Shown here: positions 15,811-25,076 of the stretch, one piece after another
Layout of the letters: each line of letters begins with the position of its first letter
How positions within the stretch are numbered: the first letter of the stretch is position 1
Virus record (IMG/VR): IMGVR_UViG_3300042366_000875
Location: 1-36,204 of that record
Origin: a virus
Lineage: Duplodnaviria; Caudoviricetes
DNA length: 36,204 nucleotides
Strand: one strand, 5' to 3'
The notes under the pieces: model-generated
What the model saw: only the letters and a program-made list of their open reading frames with translations
Told to the model about the DNA's origin: nothing
Database searches by the model: none
Translations under genes and position numbers: made by a program

Positions 15811-16206
15811 ATGCCCCGCACTAAGAACTTCGGAAGCGCCGCCCGCGTCGTTAGGCGCACGCTCGGCGAAATCTCGATCAACGCGAAAGACTACACCGTG
15901 AAGGCGATCCACGCCGAAGCCGAAGGGCTTACCGCGTTCGTCAACGTGCGCTCGGAGCACGGCGGCGTATGGTCGTTGCTCGTCACCCGGCGCCGCCCGT
16001 TCGGCAACCCCGGCGGGGCGCTCGACACTGACGTAAGCGTGTGCTTCCGCACGGGCGAAGTCTTCAACTCGGGCCCGGGGATTCACTTCGCGGCGCCCGC
16101 GAAGGTGGCGAAGCTCGCGATCCGCGCCGTGTGCGCCGTCGATCTCGTAGCCGGGTTCGACGAGTACGAGCCCGCGCGCCGTTGGCGTGCGAAGGCGGCG
16201 GCGTGA
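15811..16206 (+). CDS. Hypothetical protein
   Basis: AAGGAG RBS before ATG 15811. Confidence 0.7.
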   Translation: MPRTKNFGSAARVVRRTLGEISINAKDYTVKAIHAEAEGLTAFVNVRSEHGGVWSLLVTRRRPFGNPGGALDTDVSVCFRTGEVFNSGPGIHFAAPAKVAKLAIRAVCAVDLVAGFDEYEPARRWRAKAAA

Positions 16207-16493
16207 GCCGCCCCGCCGCGCCCGCGCTCTTCCCGAGCCTACGCCCGACGTTCCCGCGTCTCGTCGCCGATCTCGAAGCGGAAGCCCGCCGTACGCTCGC
16301 CGAGCCCGGGGCGCCCGCGTTCGTTGACGAGCCCTACGACGCCGAGCAGTACGAAAGCGTGCTTCGGCGCCTTCCCTTCGAGCGCGTGGCGGAAGGGCCC
16401 ATGATCGAACTGCTCGGCTCGGGCTACTACTTCGCACCCTTCGACAATCTCTCGGCGCTTGACGCCGCCCGGTTGATCTCCGCGTTGAAGTGA
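16203..16493 (+). CDS. Hypothetical protein
   Basis: GTGA-coupled start at 16203. Confidence 0.6.
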   Translation: MSRPAAPALFPSLRPTFPRLVADLEAEARRTLAEPGAPAFVDEPYDAEQYESVLRRLPFERVAEGPMIELLGSGYYFAPFDNLSALDAARLISALK

Positions 16494-16520
16494 AGGGCTT
16501 TCGCGGTTATCGTCGGGCCC

Positions 16521-17027
16521 ATGGGGCTATGGGCGCGACATAAGACACATTCGGGCGAACGAGAAGCCCCGGCGAACATGGTGCTTCGCTACGAGCGTGT
16601 AGCGGAAGGCTTGATCGCCGGGCGTACGATCGTCGAACTCTCGCGAGAGCTTGCGCTTCCGCGCGCTTCCATAGCCGCCGCCGCCAAGCGCCCGGAAGTA
16701 GTAGCGGCGATCCGCGCCACCTTCGAGCAGCGACGCAACGCCGCCGCCCGGGAGCTTGACGCGGGCACGTTCGAAGCCGTGCGCTTCCTTCGCGCTACGC
16801 TAAACGACAACATGGCGAGCACGAAGGAGCGGATCAAGTGCGCCGTTGAACTGCTCGATCGCGGCGGCTTCGCCCGGGGCGTCAAGATCGACGTTCACAA
16901 TACCGACACGGGCACGACGATCGAGATCGACGACATTAGCGCGCTTAGCGACGAGCAGATCGAAGATGCCGCGCGCTTGGCGCTCGCCCGCCGCGCTCGC
17001 GTCGTCGTACCCGTAGGCGCCCCGTGA
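16521..17027 (+). CDS. Terminase small subunit (putative)
   Basis: N-terminal HTH-like segment, RIKCAVELLDRGG, and D.SALSDEQ. Directly upstream of and coupled to TerL. Confidence 0.7.
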   Translation: MGLWARHKTHSGEREAPANMVLRYERVAEGLIAGRTIVELSRELALPRASIAAAAKRPEVVAAIRATFEQRRNAAARELDAGTFEAVRFLRATLNDNMASTKERIKCAVELLDRGGFARGVKIDVHNTDTGTTIEIDDISALSDEQIEDAARLALARRARVVVPVGAP

Positions 17028-18448
17028 ACGTCGAAGCCGCACTCCAACGCCACGGCGAGAGCGCCGTTCTTCGCGAGTACGCGCTACGCCAAGCGCGCCG
17101 CGACGCCATGATCGCGCGTATCCATCGGAACTTCCCGCCCGAGAACTCGCCGAAGCAAGCAGGCTTTCACGCCGATCCTTCGCGTTGGCGCTCGCTTCGC
17201 GGGTGCAACCAAGCCGGCAAGACGAAGGCGGGCGCCCGCGAAGCTGCTTACCGCATGCTCGGCGTACACCCGAACTACCCCGTTCGCCCGCCGCCGATTC
17301 ACGGGCGCGTAGTTACCTACTCGTTCAAGCAAAGCCGCGTAGTTCAACGAGCACTCTTCGACATGGTGCCGCTCGAAGAGATCAATCCCGTCTGCTTGCC
17401 GTCGTGCGATCCGTCGCAACTGCCCGAAATGATCCGTGTAAACGGCTTCAAGAAGAACACTTTGATCCTTCGCAACGGTTCAACGTGCGAAGTCTATACG
17501 GCGTGGCAAGGCACGCTTGCGCACTCGGGCGATACGCTCGACTTCGTATGGTGCGACGAGCCGCCGAAGGAGTCTCACTATTCGGAGCTTGTAGCCCGGC
17601 TAACCACGCGCGAAGGTTACCTATGGTTGACGTATACGCCCGTCGGGCGCCCCGTCGAATGGTTGAAGAAGCAGGTTGAAGACAAGAAGATCGCCGATCA
17701 CTTGATCCGCTTGACCGTGCAAGACTGCCCCTTCTATTCTCAGGCGTTGATCGACGGGATTTGCGCGGCGTACCTTCCCGCCGAGTACGAGCAGCGGGTA
17801 AATGGTGCGTGGGATGGCGTCACGACGGGGCGCGTCTTCGGCGCGTTCAACGACAAGAAGCACACGTTCGCGACGCCGCCCGACTTCGATTACTTGCTCT
17901 ACTTCGGCGGCGATCACGGCGAGAAGACCGGGGCGCAAGTGATCTACCTGCTCGGCGTCGTGGCGACAAGCGACGGCTTCGAGTTGTACGTTCTCGGCGA
18001 GTACGTGAGCCCCGGCAACACGAAGCCCGAAGACGACGCGCGGGGCGCCGTCGCCCTGCTCGAACCCTACGGTTGGGATCCGTGGGAAGTGCGCTATATG
18101 CGTGGCGACGTGAACTCGGCGGGCAAGCTCGGCGACGGGTACACGATCAACGCGCTTCTTGAACGGGCCTTCGCCGGGATCGCCCGCTCGAAGAAGCCGC
18201 CCTTCCGCGTCATGGCGCCCGACAAGTCGAAGGGCTCGATCGTCGCCGGGTGCAAGAAGATAAACTTCGGCTTCGCGGAAGATCGGATCTTCGTCTCCGA
18301 GAAGTGCCCCGCGCTCTTGAAGACGCTTCGACACTGGACAGGGCTAAACGACGACTTAAAGCACGCCGCCGACGCGCTAAGGTACATAGCCGTGGACTTC
18401 TTGAACGCGCGGCTTGACGCCGCCGACGAAGCCGTTATTCTCCGGTAG
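17024..18448 (+). CDS. terL: Terminase large subunit
   Basis: Walker A GCNQAGKT, Walker B FVWCDEPP, LTYTP, nuclease motifs GGDHG and KHAADALRY. Confidence 0.93.
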   Translation: MNVEAALQRHGESAVLREYALRQARRDAMIARIHRNFPPENSPKQAGFHADPSRWRSLRGCNQAGKTKAGAREAAYRMLGVHPNYPVRPPPIHGRVVTYSFKQSRVVQRALFDMVPLEEINPVCLPSCDPSQLPEMIRVNGFKKNTLILRNGSTCEVYTAWQGTLAHSGDTLDFVWCDEPPKESHYSELVARLTTREGYLWLTYTPVGRPVEWLKKQVEDKKIADHLIRLTVQDCPFYSQALIDGICAAYLPAEYEQRVNGAWDGVTTGRVFGAFNDKKHTFATPPDFDYLLYFGGDHGEKTGAQVIYLLGVVATSDGFELYVLGEYVSPGNTKPEDDARGAVALLEPYGWDPWEVRYMRGDVNSAGKLGDGYTINALLERAFAGIARSKKPPFRVMAPDKSKGSIVAGCKKINFGFAEDRIFVSEKCPALLKTLRHWTGLNDDLKHAADALRYIAVDFLNARLDAADEAVILR

Positions 18449-18449
18449 C

Positions 18450-20045
18450 ATGCCCGTACTCGCCCGCCCCGTGCCGAAAGGCGACGACGCCGCCCGATGG
18501 AAGCATACCGCTTTGCGGAAGCGGCTTCTTCTCGGGCAATGGCGTGAAGACGGCTACCGGGCGCTCGCCCGCGTGTTCAACAAAGCCCGAGCCGACGCCA
18601 TGGGCGAACTCGACATGTCGCGGAACCCGTTCAAGTCGGTAACGGGGCAGGTTTCGGTATCGTACGACGAGCCGCCCGCGATCATGGCGGAATCGATCGA
18701 CGTGTCGGGCATGCTCGGGCCCTTCGTGCTCGGCTTGCTTCAACGACACGAACTCTTCGTCAACGGGCTTCGAGAATCGCTAATGCGGCTCGACATCGAA
18801 GACGGCAAGGTGACGGCTCGGATCGTCACGCCTGACGAAGTAGCGTACTGCTCGGGCGACTCGAAGACACCGCACATGTTGAACAAGCTCGAAGAGCTTC
18901 GCCTTCGTACGATCCCCTTCGACGTGCAACGCGCCGACGAGAAGACGGGGATCCGCAATACGGAAGAATGGACGTGGGAAGTATGGGATTGGAGCAACCC
19001 CGAAGCGCCGGTCTTCCGCGTGCTCTCGGCGGATCGCAAGATCGATCGCACCGGGATCTACTTCCCCGACATGAAGCCCGGCGACGTGCCTTACCGCGAT
19101 TCGGCGGGAAAGGGCGTGTTTCCCTACGTTCTCTACCACGCCGAGACGCACGGCGGTTTGTGGGATTGCGAGAACGGGCGCGAGTTGATCGAAGGCACGC
19201 TTCGGATCGCCGTGGGGTGGACAGGCGCGCACCATGGCTTCAACGAAGCGTCGTGGCCCCAACGCTTCGGGATCGACGTGGAACTACAAGGCGCCGAGAT
19301 CAAGGGCGAAGGCGAAACGCGCCGCGCCGAGATCACGGTATCGCCTACGTCGATCGTCATGTTCCAAGGCGTGAACGGGAAGAACGGCACGCTTTCGCAG
19401 TTCGAGCCCGCGATCGACGTGAAGGAAGCGGGGAACTTCCTATCTCAGTGTGAGCGCGATCTTGCGATTTGGGCGGGGCTCGCGCCTTCCGATCTCGTCG
19501 CGAGCGGCGACGCGCAAAGCGGTTACGCGATCTCCGTGAGCCGCCAAGGCTTGCGCCGCAAGCAGGCGAAGGTGCAACCGAATCTCAGAATGGGCGATCA
19601 ACTACTGCTCGCCACGGCGGCGCGGTTGTTGAACGCCTACGGCGTCGAAGCCGAGCAGTACCCGGAAGAGCCCGAAGCCTACTCGATCGTCTACAAGGGC
19701 GTACCGCTCTCGCTGGAAGAGGTAAAGGCGTTGATCGATCAAGTCGAAGCCAAGCGCGCGGCGGGCGTGGCGAGCCGAGTTGATACCGTGCTCGCGCTCG
19801 AACCCGGCTTGACGCGCGAGCAGGCGAAGGAGCGGCTCGTTCAAGTCGCCCGCGAAGAAGCCGAGCTTGACGTAGCCTTGGCGCCGTTCAAGAAGGCGTC
19901 GCCGATCCCGAGCAAGGGCGCGGGCGACGGCGGCGCCAATCCCGACGACGGGATCGATCCCAACGCGGGCCCGAACGCCGATCCCGGCAATGGCGATCCC
20001 GGCAATGGCGATCCGAACAACAACGACAACAACCCGACAACGTAG
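18450..20045 (+). CDS. Portal protein
   Basis: Follows TerL, about 530 aa, FPYVLYH and QSGYAI motifs, low-complexity C-terminal tail. ATG at 18450. Confidence 0.8.
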   Translation: MPVLARPVPKGDDAARWKHTALRKRLLLGQWREDGYRALARVFNKARADAMGELDMSRNPFKSVTGQVSVSYDEPPAIMAESIDVSGMLGPFVLGLLQRHELFVNGLRESLMRLDIEDGKVTARIVTPDEVAYCSGDSKTPHMLNKLEELRLRTIPFDVQRADEKTGIRNTEEWTWEVWDWSNPEAPVFRVLSADRKIDRTGIYFPDMKPGDVPYRDSAGKGVFPYVLYHAETHGGLWDCENGRELIEGTLRIAVGWTGAHHGFNEASWPQRFGIDVELQGAEIKGEGETRRAEITVSPTSIVMFQGVNGKNGTLSQFEPAIDVKEAGNFLSQCERDLAIWAGLAPSDLVASGDAQSGYAISVSRQGLRRKQAKVQPNLRMGDQLLLATAARLLNAYGVEAEQYPEEPEAYSIVYKGVPLSLEEVKALIDQVEAKRAAGVASRVDTVLALEPGLTREQAKERLVQVAREEAELDVALAPFKKASPIPSKGAGDGGANPDDGIDPNAGPNADPGNGDPGNGDPNNNDNNPTT

Positions 20046-20057
20046 GATAAACCACGC

Positions 20058-20885
20058 ATGTTTCACCTTCTCGCGCTTAGCGCCTTCGATGCTTTCCACG
20101 AAACGAACTCGTTCTTCGATCGGCACGAACGCCGCTTCGGGCTCTTCGCCGACGACGGCGCCGGGGCGGGCGGCGGCAAGGGCGCCGACGACGAAGGCGA
20201 CGACAAGAAGCCCGTTCCCTACGCCGAGCACCGGAAGGTACGCCAAGCGCTCGCCAAGGCCCGGGGCGAAGTCGAAGCCGCCAACGCGAAGATCGCCGAG
20301 TTCGAGAAGAAGGCGCCCGACGTGGCGAAGGTGGCGAAGGAGCGCGACGACGCGATCGGGCGTGCGAACAACGCCGAGAAGGATCTTCAACTTCGCGACA
20401 TGGGCGTAACCGACGGCGACGATCGGGCGTTCATTCGCGAGCGGTACAACATGACGACGAACGGGCAGGGCGACAAGGCGCCCGAGTTCGGCGATTGGCT
20501 CGATTCGCAGCGCGAGAAGCGTTGGTTCCAAGCAATGATCCCCGACGCCGCCGAGCCCGCCAACAAGGGCGCCGACGAAGCCGGGGCTCGTTCCGACTAC
20601 GCCGCCAACAAGGGCAAGGAGCCCGCCAAGGGGCAGGGCGACGACAAGGGCGCGGGCGACGGCGGTAAGGGGCAGGGCGGCGCCGGGAACGGCTCGGGAA
20701 CGGGCGCCCGGCGCGAGCCCGAGAAGAAGCCCGCCTTCAACCCGAACGCGGGCACGCGGGGCGCGAGCGCCGGCAACGGGCGCCCGGCGTTCACGCGGGA
20801 AGAGATCGGATCCATGTCGCCCGACGAGTACCGCAACAACCGCGACGCGATCATGTCTGCCCGGCGCGAAGGGCGGATCGAGTGA
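20058..20885 (+). CDS. Capsid scaffolding protein
   Basis: VPY....VRQ coiled coil, Gly-rich linker, C-terminal FTREEIGSMSPDEY..NRDAI typical of scaffolds. Lies between portal and capsid genes. Confidence 0.75.
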   Translation: MFHLLALSAFDAFHETNSFFDRHERRFGLFADDGAGAGGGKGADDEGDDKKPVPYAEHRKVRQALAKARGEVEAANAKIAEFEKKAPDVAKVAKERDDAIGRANNAEKDLQLRDMGVTDGDDRAFIRERYNMTTNGQGDKAPEFGDWLDSQREKRWFQAMIPDAAEPANKGADEAGARSDYAANKGKEPAKGQGDDKGAGDGGKGQGGAGNGSGTGARREPEKKPAFNPNAGTRGASAGNGRPAFTREEIGSMSPDEYRNNRDAIMSARREGRIE

Positions 20886-21076
20886 AGCCCGCCTTCGCAC
20901 GTCACGACAAGGTGACGCACACCGGCAAGCGCGGGCGCGTCGAAGGCTTCGACGACGTTACCGGCATGTTCACGATCACGTTTGCCAACGGGCACGTTAC
21001 CGCCGCGCTCGGCGTCGATCTCGAACTCGCCGAAGCGTTCAAGCCCCGGGCGCCGAAGCCCGCCGCGAGAGCGTGA
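20882..21076 (+). CDS. Small hypothetical protein (SH3-like beta pattern)
   Basis: GTGA-coupled; sequence DKVTH...RGRVEG....FTITF. Confidence 0.55.
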   Translation: MKPAFARHDKVTHTGKRGRVEGFDDVTGMFTITFANGHVTAALGVDLELAEAFKPRAPKPAARA

Positions 21077-21302
21077 GCTTCGCGGTAGCGTTCGGGATCG
21101 TGCTCACGGTGTACCACGTCGCGGCTTCGACGACGTACCCGGCGAGCACGGCGAGCGCTTCGAACTGCTCGCGCTCGTCGCCGGGCACGAAGACAACGAC
21201 GCGCCCGCCGCCTTGATACCAGTTCTTCCCGTGCATTGCGGGGAACGGTAGCAAGGGCCCGCCGCCCGCGATCTCGGGTGCCGTCGGCTTGGCGGGGTTC
21301 AA
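21039..21302 (-). CDS. Hypothetical protein, second gene of the antisense cassette
   Basis: TTG start overlaps the TGA stop of 21299..21616. Confidence 0.5.
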   Translation of the reverse strand: MNPAKPTAPEIAGGGPLLPFPAMHGKNWYQGGGRVVVFVPGDEREQFEALAVLAGYVVEAATWYTVSTIPNATAKLTLSRRASAPGA

Positions 21303-21616
21303 CGGGCGCGCAAGACGACGACACGAGCACCGATGCGGCGGGGCCCGCTGTTCTCGATTGCGTTCAACCACGCGCGGAAGTCGGGGTATCCGGCTTCGTC
21401 GTCGTGCTCGATTGCTTCGGTGCGCCCGATCTTGACGTTCGAGCACCCGCGCGCTCGAAGCTCGTCGGCGCACTTGTCGGCGTCATTACCGCGAACGAAC
21501 GTGAAGACTTCGCGGGGCTCACCGTCGATCGTAGCCGCGAAACTGACGTATGCGTGATCGTAGGGGTAGAGTGCGACGTTCGAGCCGTTGAAGTAGGTAA
21601 AGTAGTCGGCGGACAT
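21299..21616 (-). CDS. Hypothetical early protein, first gene of the antisense cassette
   Basis: CACCTTCAAGGAG RBS and a dedicated promoter. Confidence 0.8.
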   Translation of the reverse strand: MSADYFTYFNGSNVALYPYDHAYVSFAATIDGEPREVFTFVRGNDADKCADELRARGCSNVKIGRTEAIEHDDEAGYPDFRAWLNAIENSGPRRIGARVVVLRAR

Positions 21617-21623
21617 TCGAGAA

Positions 21624-21670
21624 CTCCTTGAAGGTGAAGCTACCTTACGCTATGCGCGTTACTCGCGCAA
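21624..21670 (-). promoter_or_regulatory. Early promoter plus RBS cassette, copy B
   Basis: TTGCGC-17 nt-TAAGGT followed by CACCTTCAAGGAG; shares GCGAGTAACGCG with copy A. Confidence 0.7.
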
Positions 21671-21741
21671 GAGGTTTAGCGCGCAATCTCGAAAGTTTCC
21701 TAATGAAGTAGTTTAGTACGCCGTTTAGCGCGCCCGCCGTC

Positions 21742-21771
21742 TTGCGCTTGCCGGGCTCGGCGCGCTAAGCT
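21742..21771 (+). promoter_or_regulatory. Putative promoter for the major capsid gene
   Basis: TTGCGC-18 nt-TAAGCT. Confidence 0.45.
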
Positions 21772-21851
21772 GCTCTCTACGAAGCCCGCGCGTCTACGGC
21801 GATACGGTAGTAGGGCCCGCGTGAAGTCTTACCTTCTCGGGAGTTACTACC

Positions 21852-22784
21852 ATGGCAAACGAAGTTCTCGTATCCGGGCTCGGCGATCTGACTGTCTCCG
21901 AAATCCTCGCGCAAGAAGTCGGGCTCCTTCTCGCCGATCGCGCGTCGTTCCGAAACGGCGCGTACTTGATCGACGTGGGCGACGTGCGCGGCACCGGTTC
22001 GAGCACCCGGAAGCAGGGCTTCGCGGGCCTTGACGGTTACGACGAAATGGCGGCGGTTTCGGAAGGAAGCTCCGTGAGCAACACGGCGCTTACCGACGGC
22101 TCGCAAACCGTCGCCGTGGCGCGTCAGGCGTTGCAATACTCCGAGTCGGATCTTGCCGATCTCGTCCTGCCCGACGGCTCCGTGAACGTCGAACGGCTCG
22201 CGGCTTCCATGGTGCTTTCCGCCGAAATGCGGTTTACTTCCATGGTTTGCAACGTGATCGACGACTTCACGCAAATCGTCGGAACGTCGGGAACCGACTT
22301 CACCTTTACGAAGTTCCAACAGGGGATCTTCTACATCGAACGCGCCCCGGCGCCTTCCGCCGAACTCGTCGCCCTGCTCGCGCCGATCCAAGTGACCGAT
22401 CTTCAAGGCGATCTCTTCGGCGTCGTGGGCGTAGCTCAGTACATGCCCGCTACCGCCGACATGGTGCAAGCCAAGGGGCAGGGGCTCCAAGGGCGCTTGC
22501 TCGGCGTGGACGTGTTCAAGTCGTCGAAGGCCGTTACGAGCGCCGGGGATCGCAAGGGCGGCATGTGGCACCGTGGCGCCGTGCTCTACTCGGAAGGAAC
22601 CCCGAAGCCGATCAAGAGCCCCACGTTCATGATCCCGGCGGGTACGAAGCTCTTGATCGAGTTCGAGCGCGACGCTTCGGCGGCACTCACGAAGATCGTA
22701 GGGAACTTCTACGCGGGCGTCGCGAAGAACGCCGTGAGCCCGAACGAACTGCTCGGCGTCACCTTCCTGTCTTCCGCGACTTAG
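21852..22784 (+). CDS. Major capsid protein
   Basis: 310 aa, after the scaffold. AAVSEGS, G.LLGVDVF.S and IEFERDA fit an HK97-fold capsid pattern. GGAG RBS. Confidence 0.85.
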   Translation: MANEVLVSGLGDLTVSEILAQEVGLLLADRASFRNGAYLIDVGDVRGTGSSTRKQGFAGLDGYDEMAAVSEGSSVSNTALTDGSQTVAVARQALQYSESDLADLVLPDGSVNVERLAASMVLSAEMRFTSMVCNVIDDFTQIVGTSGTDFTFTKFQQGIFYIERAPAPSAELVALLAPIQVTDLQGDLFGVVGVAQYMPATADMVQAKGQGLQGRLLGVDVFKSSKAVTSAGDRKGGMWHRGAVLYSEGTPKPIKSPTFMIPAGTKLLIEFERDASAALTKIVGNFYAGVAKNAVSPNELLGVTFLSSAT

Positions 22785-22785
22785 C

Positions 22786-22819
22786 CGGGCGGGCCCTACG
22801 GGGCCCTTCCGGGGCGTTT
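22786..22819 (+). terminator. GC-rich hairpin after the capsid gene (terminator or stabiliser)
   Basis: GGCCC-TACG-GGGCC with a cUACGg tetraloop; the U tract is weak. Confidence 0.45.
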
Positions 22820-22911
22820 CGCCGTCGTTCCCGTCTCTACCCCGCCTGCTACTCGTCTCGTCGTTTCCGCCGGTACAATAGCGGGCGCCTACCACGCAAG
22901 GATCAACCTAC

Positions 22912-23685
22912 ATGGCACGCCCGCGCAACGCCCCCACGAAGCCGCCCGACGAAACGCCCGACGCCGAGAGCGAAGCCGCGCCCGCCCCGCCCGTGGCGGC
23001 GAGCGAGCGCGACGAAGACGAGCCCGTAGGGCGCGTGTCGAAAGCAGGCGCCGCGCCGCCCGTCAAGGTGGCGCCGAGCCCCGCCGGGCGCAAGACGGCG
23101 GGCGCCTTCGTCGAAGGGCGGCGCGTCGCGCCGAGCACGCAAACCGACGACGCGATCCGAATCAAGGCGAGCGAGCACCCGAACTACATTCTCACGCTCG
23201 ATCCCGCGCGTTGGAACTACTACCCGCAAGCCGATCGGATCATGCCCGACTTCGGGAAGATCCGACTCGTACCGGGGATCGGGCGCGTTGACGCTCGCGG
23301 GCGCCCCGATCTCGCGCTCGCCGACGCATCGAAGGCGGGGCGCACCGTGATCTACGATCGCGACGTTCCCGGCGGATACCTCCGTGAGTTCGACATGATC
23401 GGCGGGATCGGCTTCTTGAACCGTTGGGAACGGATCAAGGTGAGCGGGCGCCACGCTACGATCGTGTGCGACTTCGACGAGTTCTCGAAGTTCGTCGATC
23501 GCCTGCTCGCCGACAACGTGATCGATCCGCCGAACGACGTAACGATCGAGTGGTTGCGCGATCAAGCGGCGAACATGATCCGCCTTTCGGAGCCGCGCAA
23601 GTCGGCGCCGAGCGTCGCCCGCGAGATCGAAATCTACGAGAAGCAGATCGCCGCGTGCGATCGGCTGCTCGCGGAAGTCGCGTGA
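22912..23685 (+). CDS. Hypothetical protein in the head module
   Basis: AAGGA RBS; disordered N-terminus and globular C-terminus. Confidence 0.75.
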   Translation: MARPRNAPTKPPDETPDAESEAAPAPPVAASERDEDEPVGRVSKAGAAPPVKVAPSPAGRKTAGAFVEGRRVAPSTQTDDAIRIKASEHPNYILTLDPARWNYYPQADRIMPDFGKIRLVPGIGRVDARGRPDLALADASKAGRTVIYDRDVPGGYLREFDMIGGIGFLNRWERIKVSGRHATIVCDFDEFSKFVDRLLADNVIDPPNDVTIEWLRDQAANMIRLSEPRKSAPSVAREIEIYEKQIAACDRLLAEVA

Positions 23686-23852
23686 GCGAGTCAACCCGCC
23701 AACGCGACGAAGCCGATCGCCGGGGCGTCGAAGGGCTCACCCGGCGGATCGTGGAACACGGAAAGGAAAGCGGGCGCCCCGTCTCGGAAGAGTCGGCGCG
23801 TAGGCAAGCCGCCGAAGTCGCTCGGCTCACAAACGCGCAACGCAACCGGTAG
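23682..23852 (+). CDS. Small hypothetical protein (56 aa)
   Basis: GTGA-coupled; fills the gap to the next RBS. Confidence 0.6.
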   Translation: MSESTRQRDEADRRGVEGLTRRIVEHGKESGRPVSEESARRQAAEVARLTNAQRNR

Positions 23853-23860
23853 GAGTCACC

Positions 23861-24502
23861 ATGGCAAGTCGCCTTCTTTCGTCGCTCGGGCAAGCCGTCT
23901 TGTTCGTTGCCGCACACGCCTTCCGCGTCGTGGCGATTGCTACCGACGAAGACTCGTCTACCTTCGCGTCGTGGCCCACGATCACGGGCGGCACGGCGGC
24001 GCCGTCGGAAGCGCAACCGAACGGCTCGCTCTACCTTCGCGCGAACTCTTCGCCGTCGCTCTACCTTTGCACGGGCGGGGCGTGGGTTGCCTTCGCCGAC
24101 GTTGGCTCGGCGATCCTTTCGGCGCTTGCCGCCGCCGCTACGACGCCCATTCGGGCGATCTTGACGCCCGCCGCCGAAGCCGGTAACGCGATCTCGGTAG
24201 GGATCCAAATCAAGGGGCTTGACGGCGCCAACGTGGCGCGCGTTCAACGGCTCCGTTGCCAAATCTACGACGTGAACATGCTTCACGGCGTCGTCGGATC
24301 TTGGCGCGCCGCCGAGACGGGCCCGGGAACCGAAGTGTCGGTTACCGCAAAGCCGCAAATCTTGATCGATACCGACGCAAACGGCGCGGCTTCGGTTACC
24401 GTTACCGATGTTTCGGGCACGTACGCGGGAACGGTTTATCTTGAAGTCGTACCCGAGAACGGCCAAGGCGTCTCTTCGATCGTCTCTCTCACCTTCGCGT
24501 AA
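23861..24502 (+). CDS. Virion structural protein (decoration or fibre candidate)
   Basis: AGGAG RBS; G.AAP.....NGSLYLR....LY....GAW motif seen in phage fibre proteins; beta-rich C-terminus. Confidence 0.65.
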   Translation: MASRLLSSLGQAVLFVAAHAFRVVAIATDEDSSTFASWPTITGGTAAPSEAQPNGSLYLRANSSPSLYLCTGGAWVAFADVGSAILSALAAAATTPIRAILTPAAEAGNAISVGIQIKGLDGANVARVQRLRCQIYDVNMLHGVVGSWRAAETGPGTEVSVTAKPQILIDTDANGAASVTVTDVSGTYAGTVYLEVVPENGQGVSSIVSLTFA

Positions 24503-24557
24503 TAGCCCCGCCTTCGGGCGTGTGCTAAGCTCGCGTCACCTTCTCGGAGTTCTCGTC

Positions 24558-25067
24558 ATGGCTACCGTCTCCGTCTCCGGTACTCTTCGCTTCTTCGTCG
24601 ATCTCTACGAGCGGATCACGGGCGATCTCGGGCCCGTCGCTGCTCGGCACTCGATCGACTACTCGAAGAGCGTCGAAAGCGGTACGAGCACCGATCAAGC
24701 CGATCTCGTTTGGAGTGATACCCGTTCCGTCGTGAGCGGGGCGCCTGACGATCTCGACATTCGCGGCGTTCTCGCGTCGGCGTTGAACGCGGGGATCAAC
24801 TTCGTGAAGATCACGGGGATCATGATCCGCAACAAGAGCACGACGAGCGGGCAGTTCTTGACCGTCGGCAACGGCGCGAACCCCGCCTTCACGAACCTCT
24901 TCGGCGCGGGCGCCCACACGCTCGCCGTGCAACCGGGCGGCGCCTTCGCGTGGTACTCGCCGATCGATCCCATGACGACGGTAGCCGCCACGGGCGATAT
25001 CTTTCGCGTCGCCGCCGCAACGGGCACCGTGAGCTACGATATCGTGATCATCGGTCGCACCGCGTAA
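24558..25067 (+). CDS. Virion structural protein (beta-rich)
   Basis: GGAG RBS before ATG 24558; sits in the structural module. Confidence 0.65.
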   Translation: MATVSVSGTLRFFVDLYERITGDLGPVAARHSIDYSKSVESGTSTDQADLVWSDTRSVVSGAPDDLDIRGVLASALNAGINFVKITGIMIRNKSTTSGQFLTVGNGANPAFTNLFGAGAHTLAVQPGGAFAWYSPIDPMTTVAATGDIFRVAAATGTVSYDIVIIGRTA

Positions 25068-25076
25068 GGAGTCACC

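Noticed and set aside
19980-20014. 15-bp tandem repeat GATCCCGGCAATGGC in the portal gene
   Set aside because: It encodes a low-complexity DPGNG tail; ordinary slippage in a disordered C-terminus.
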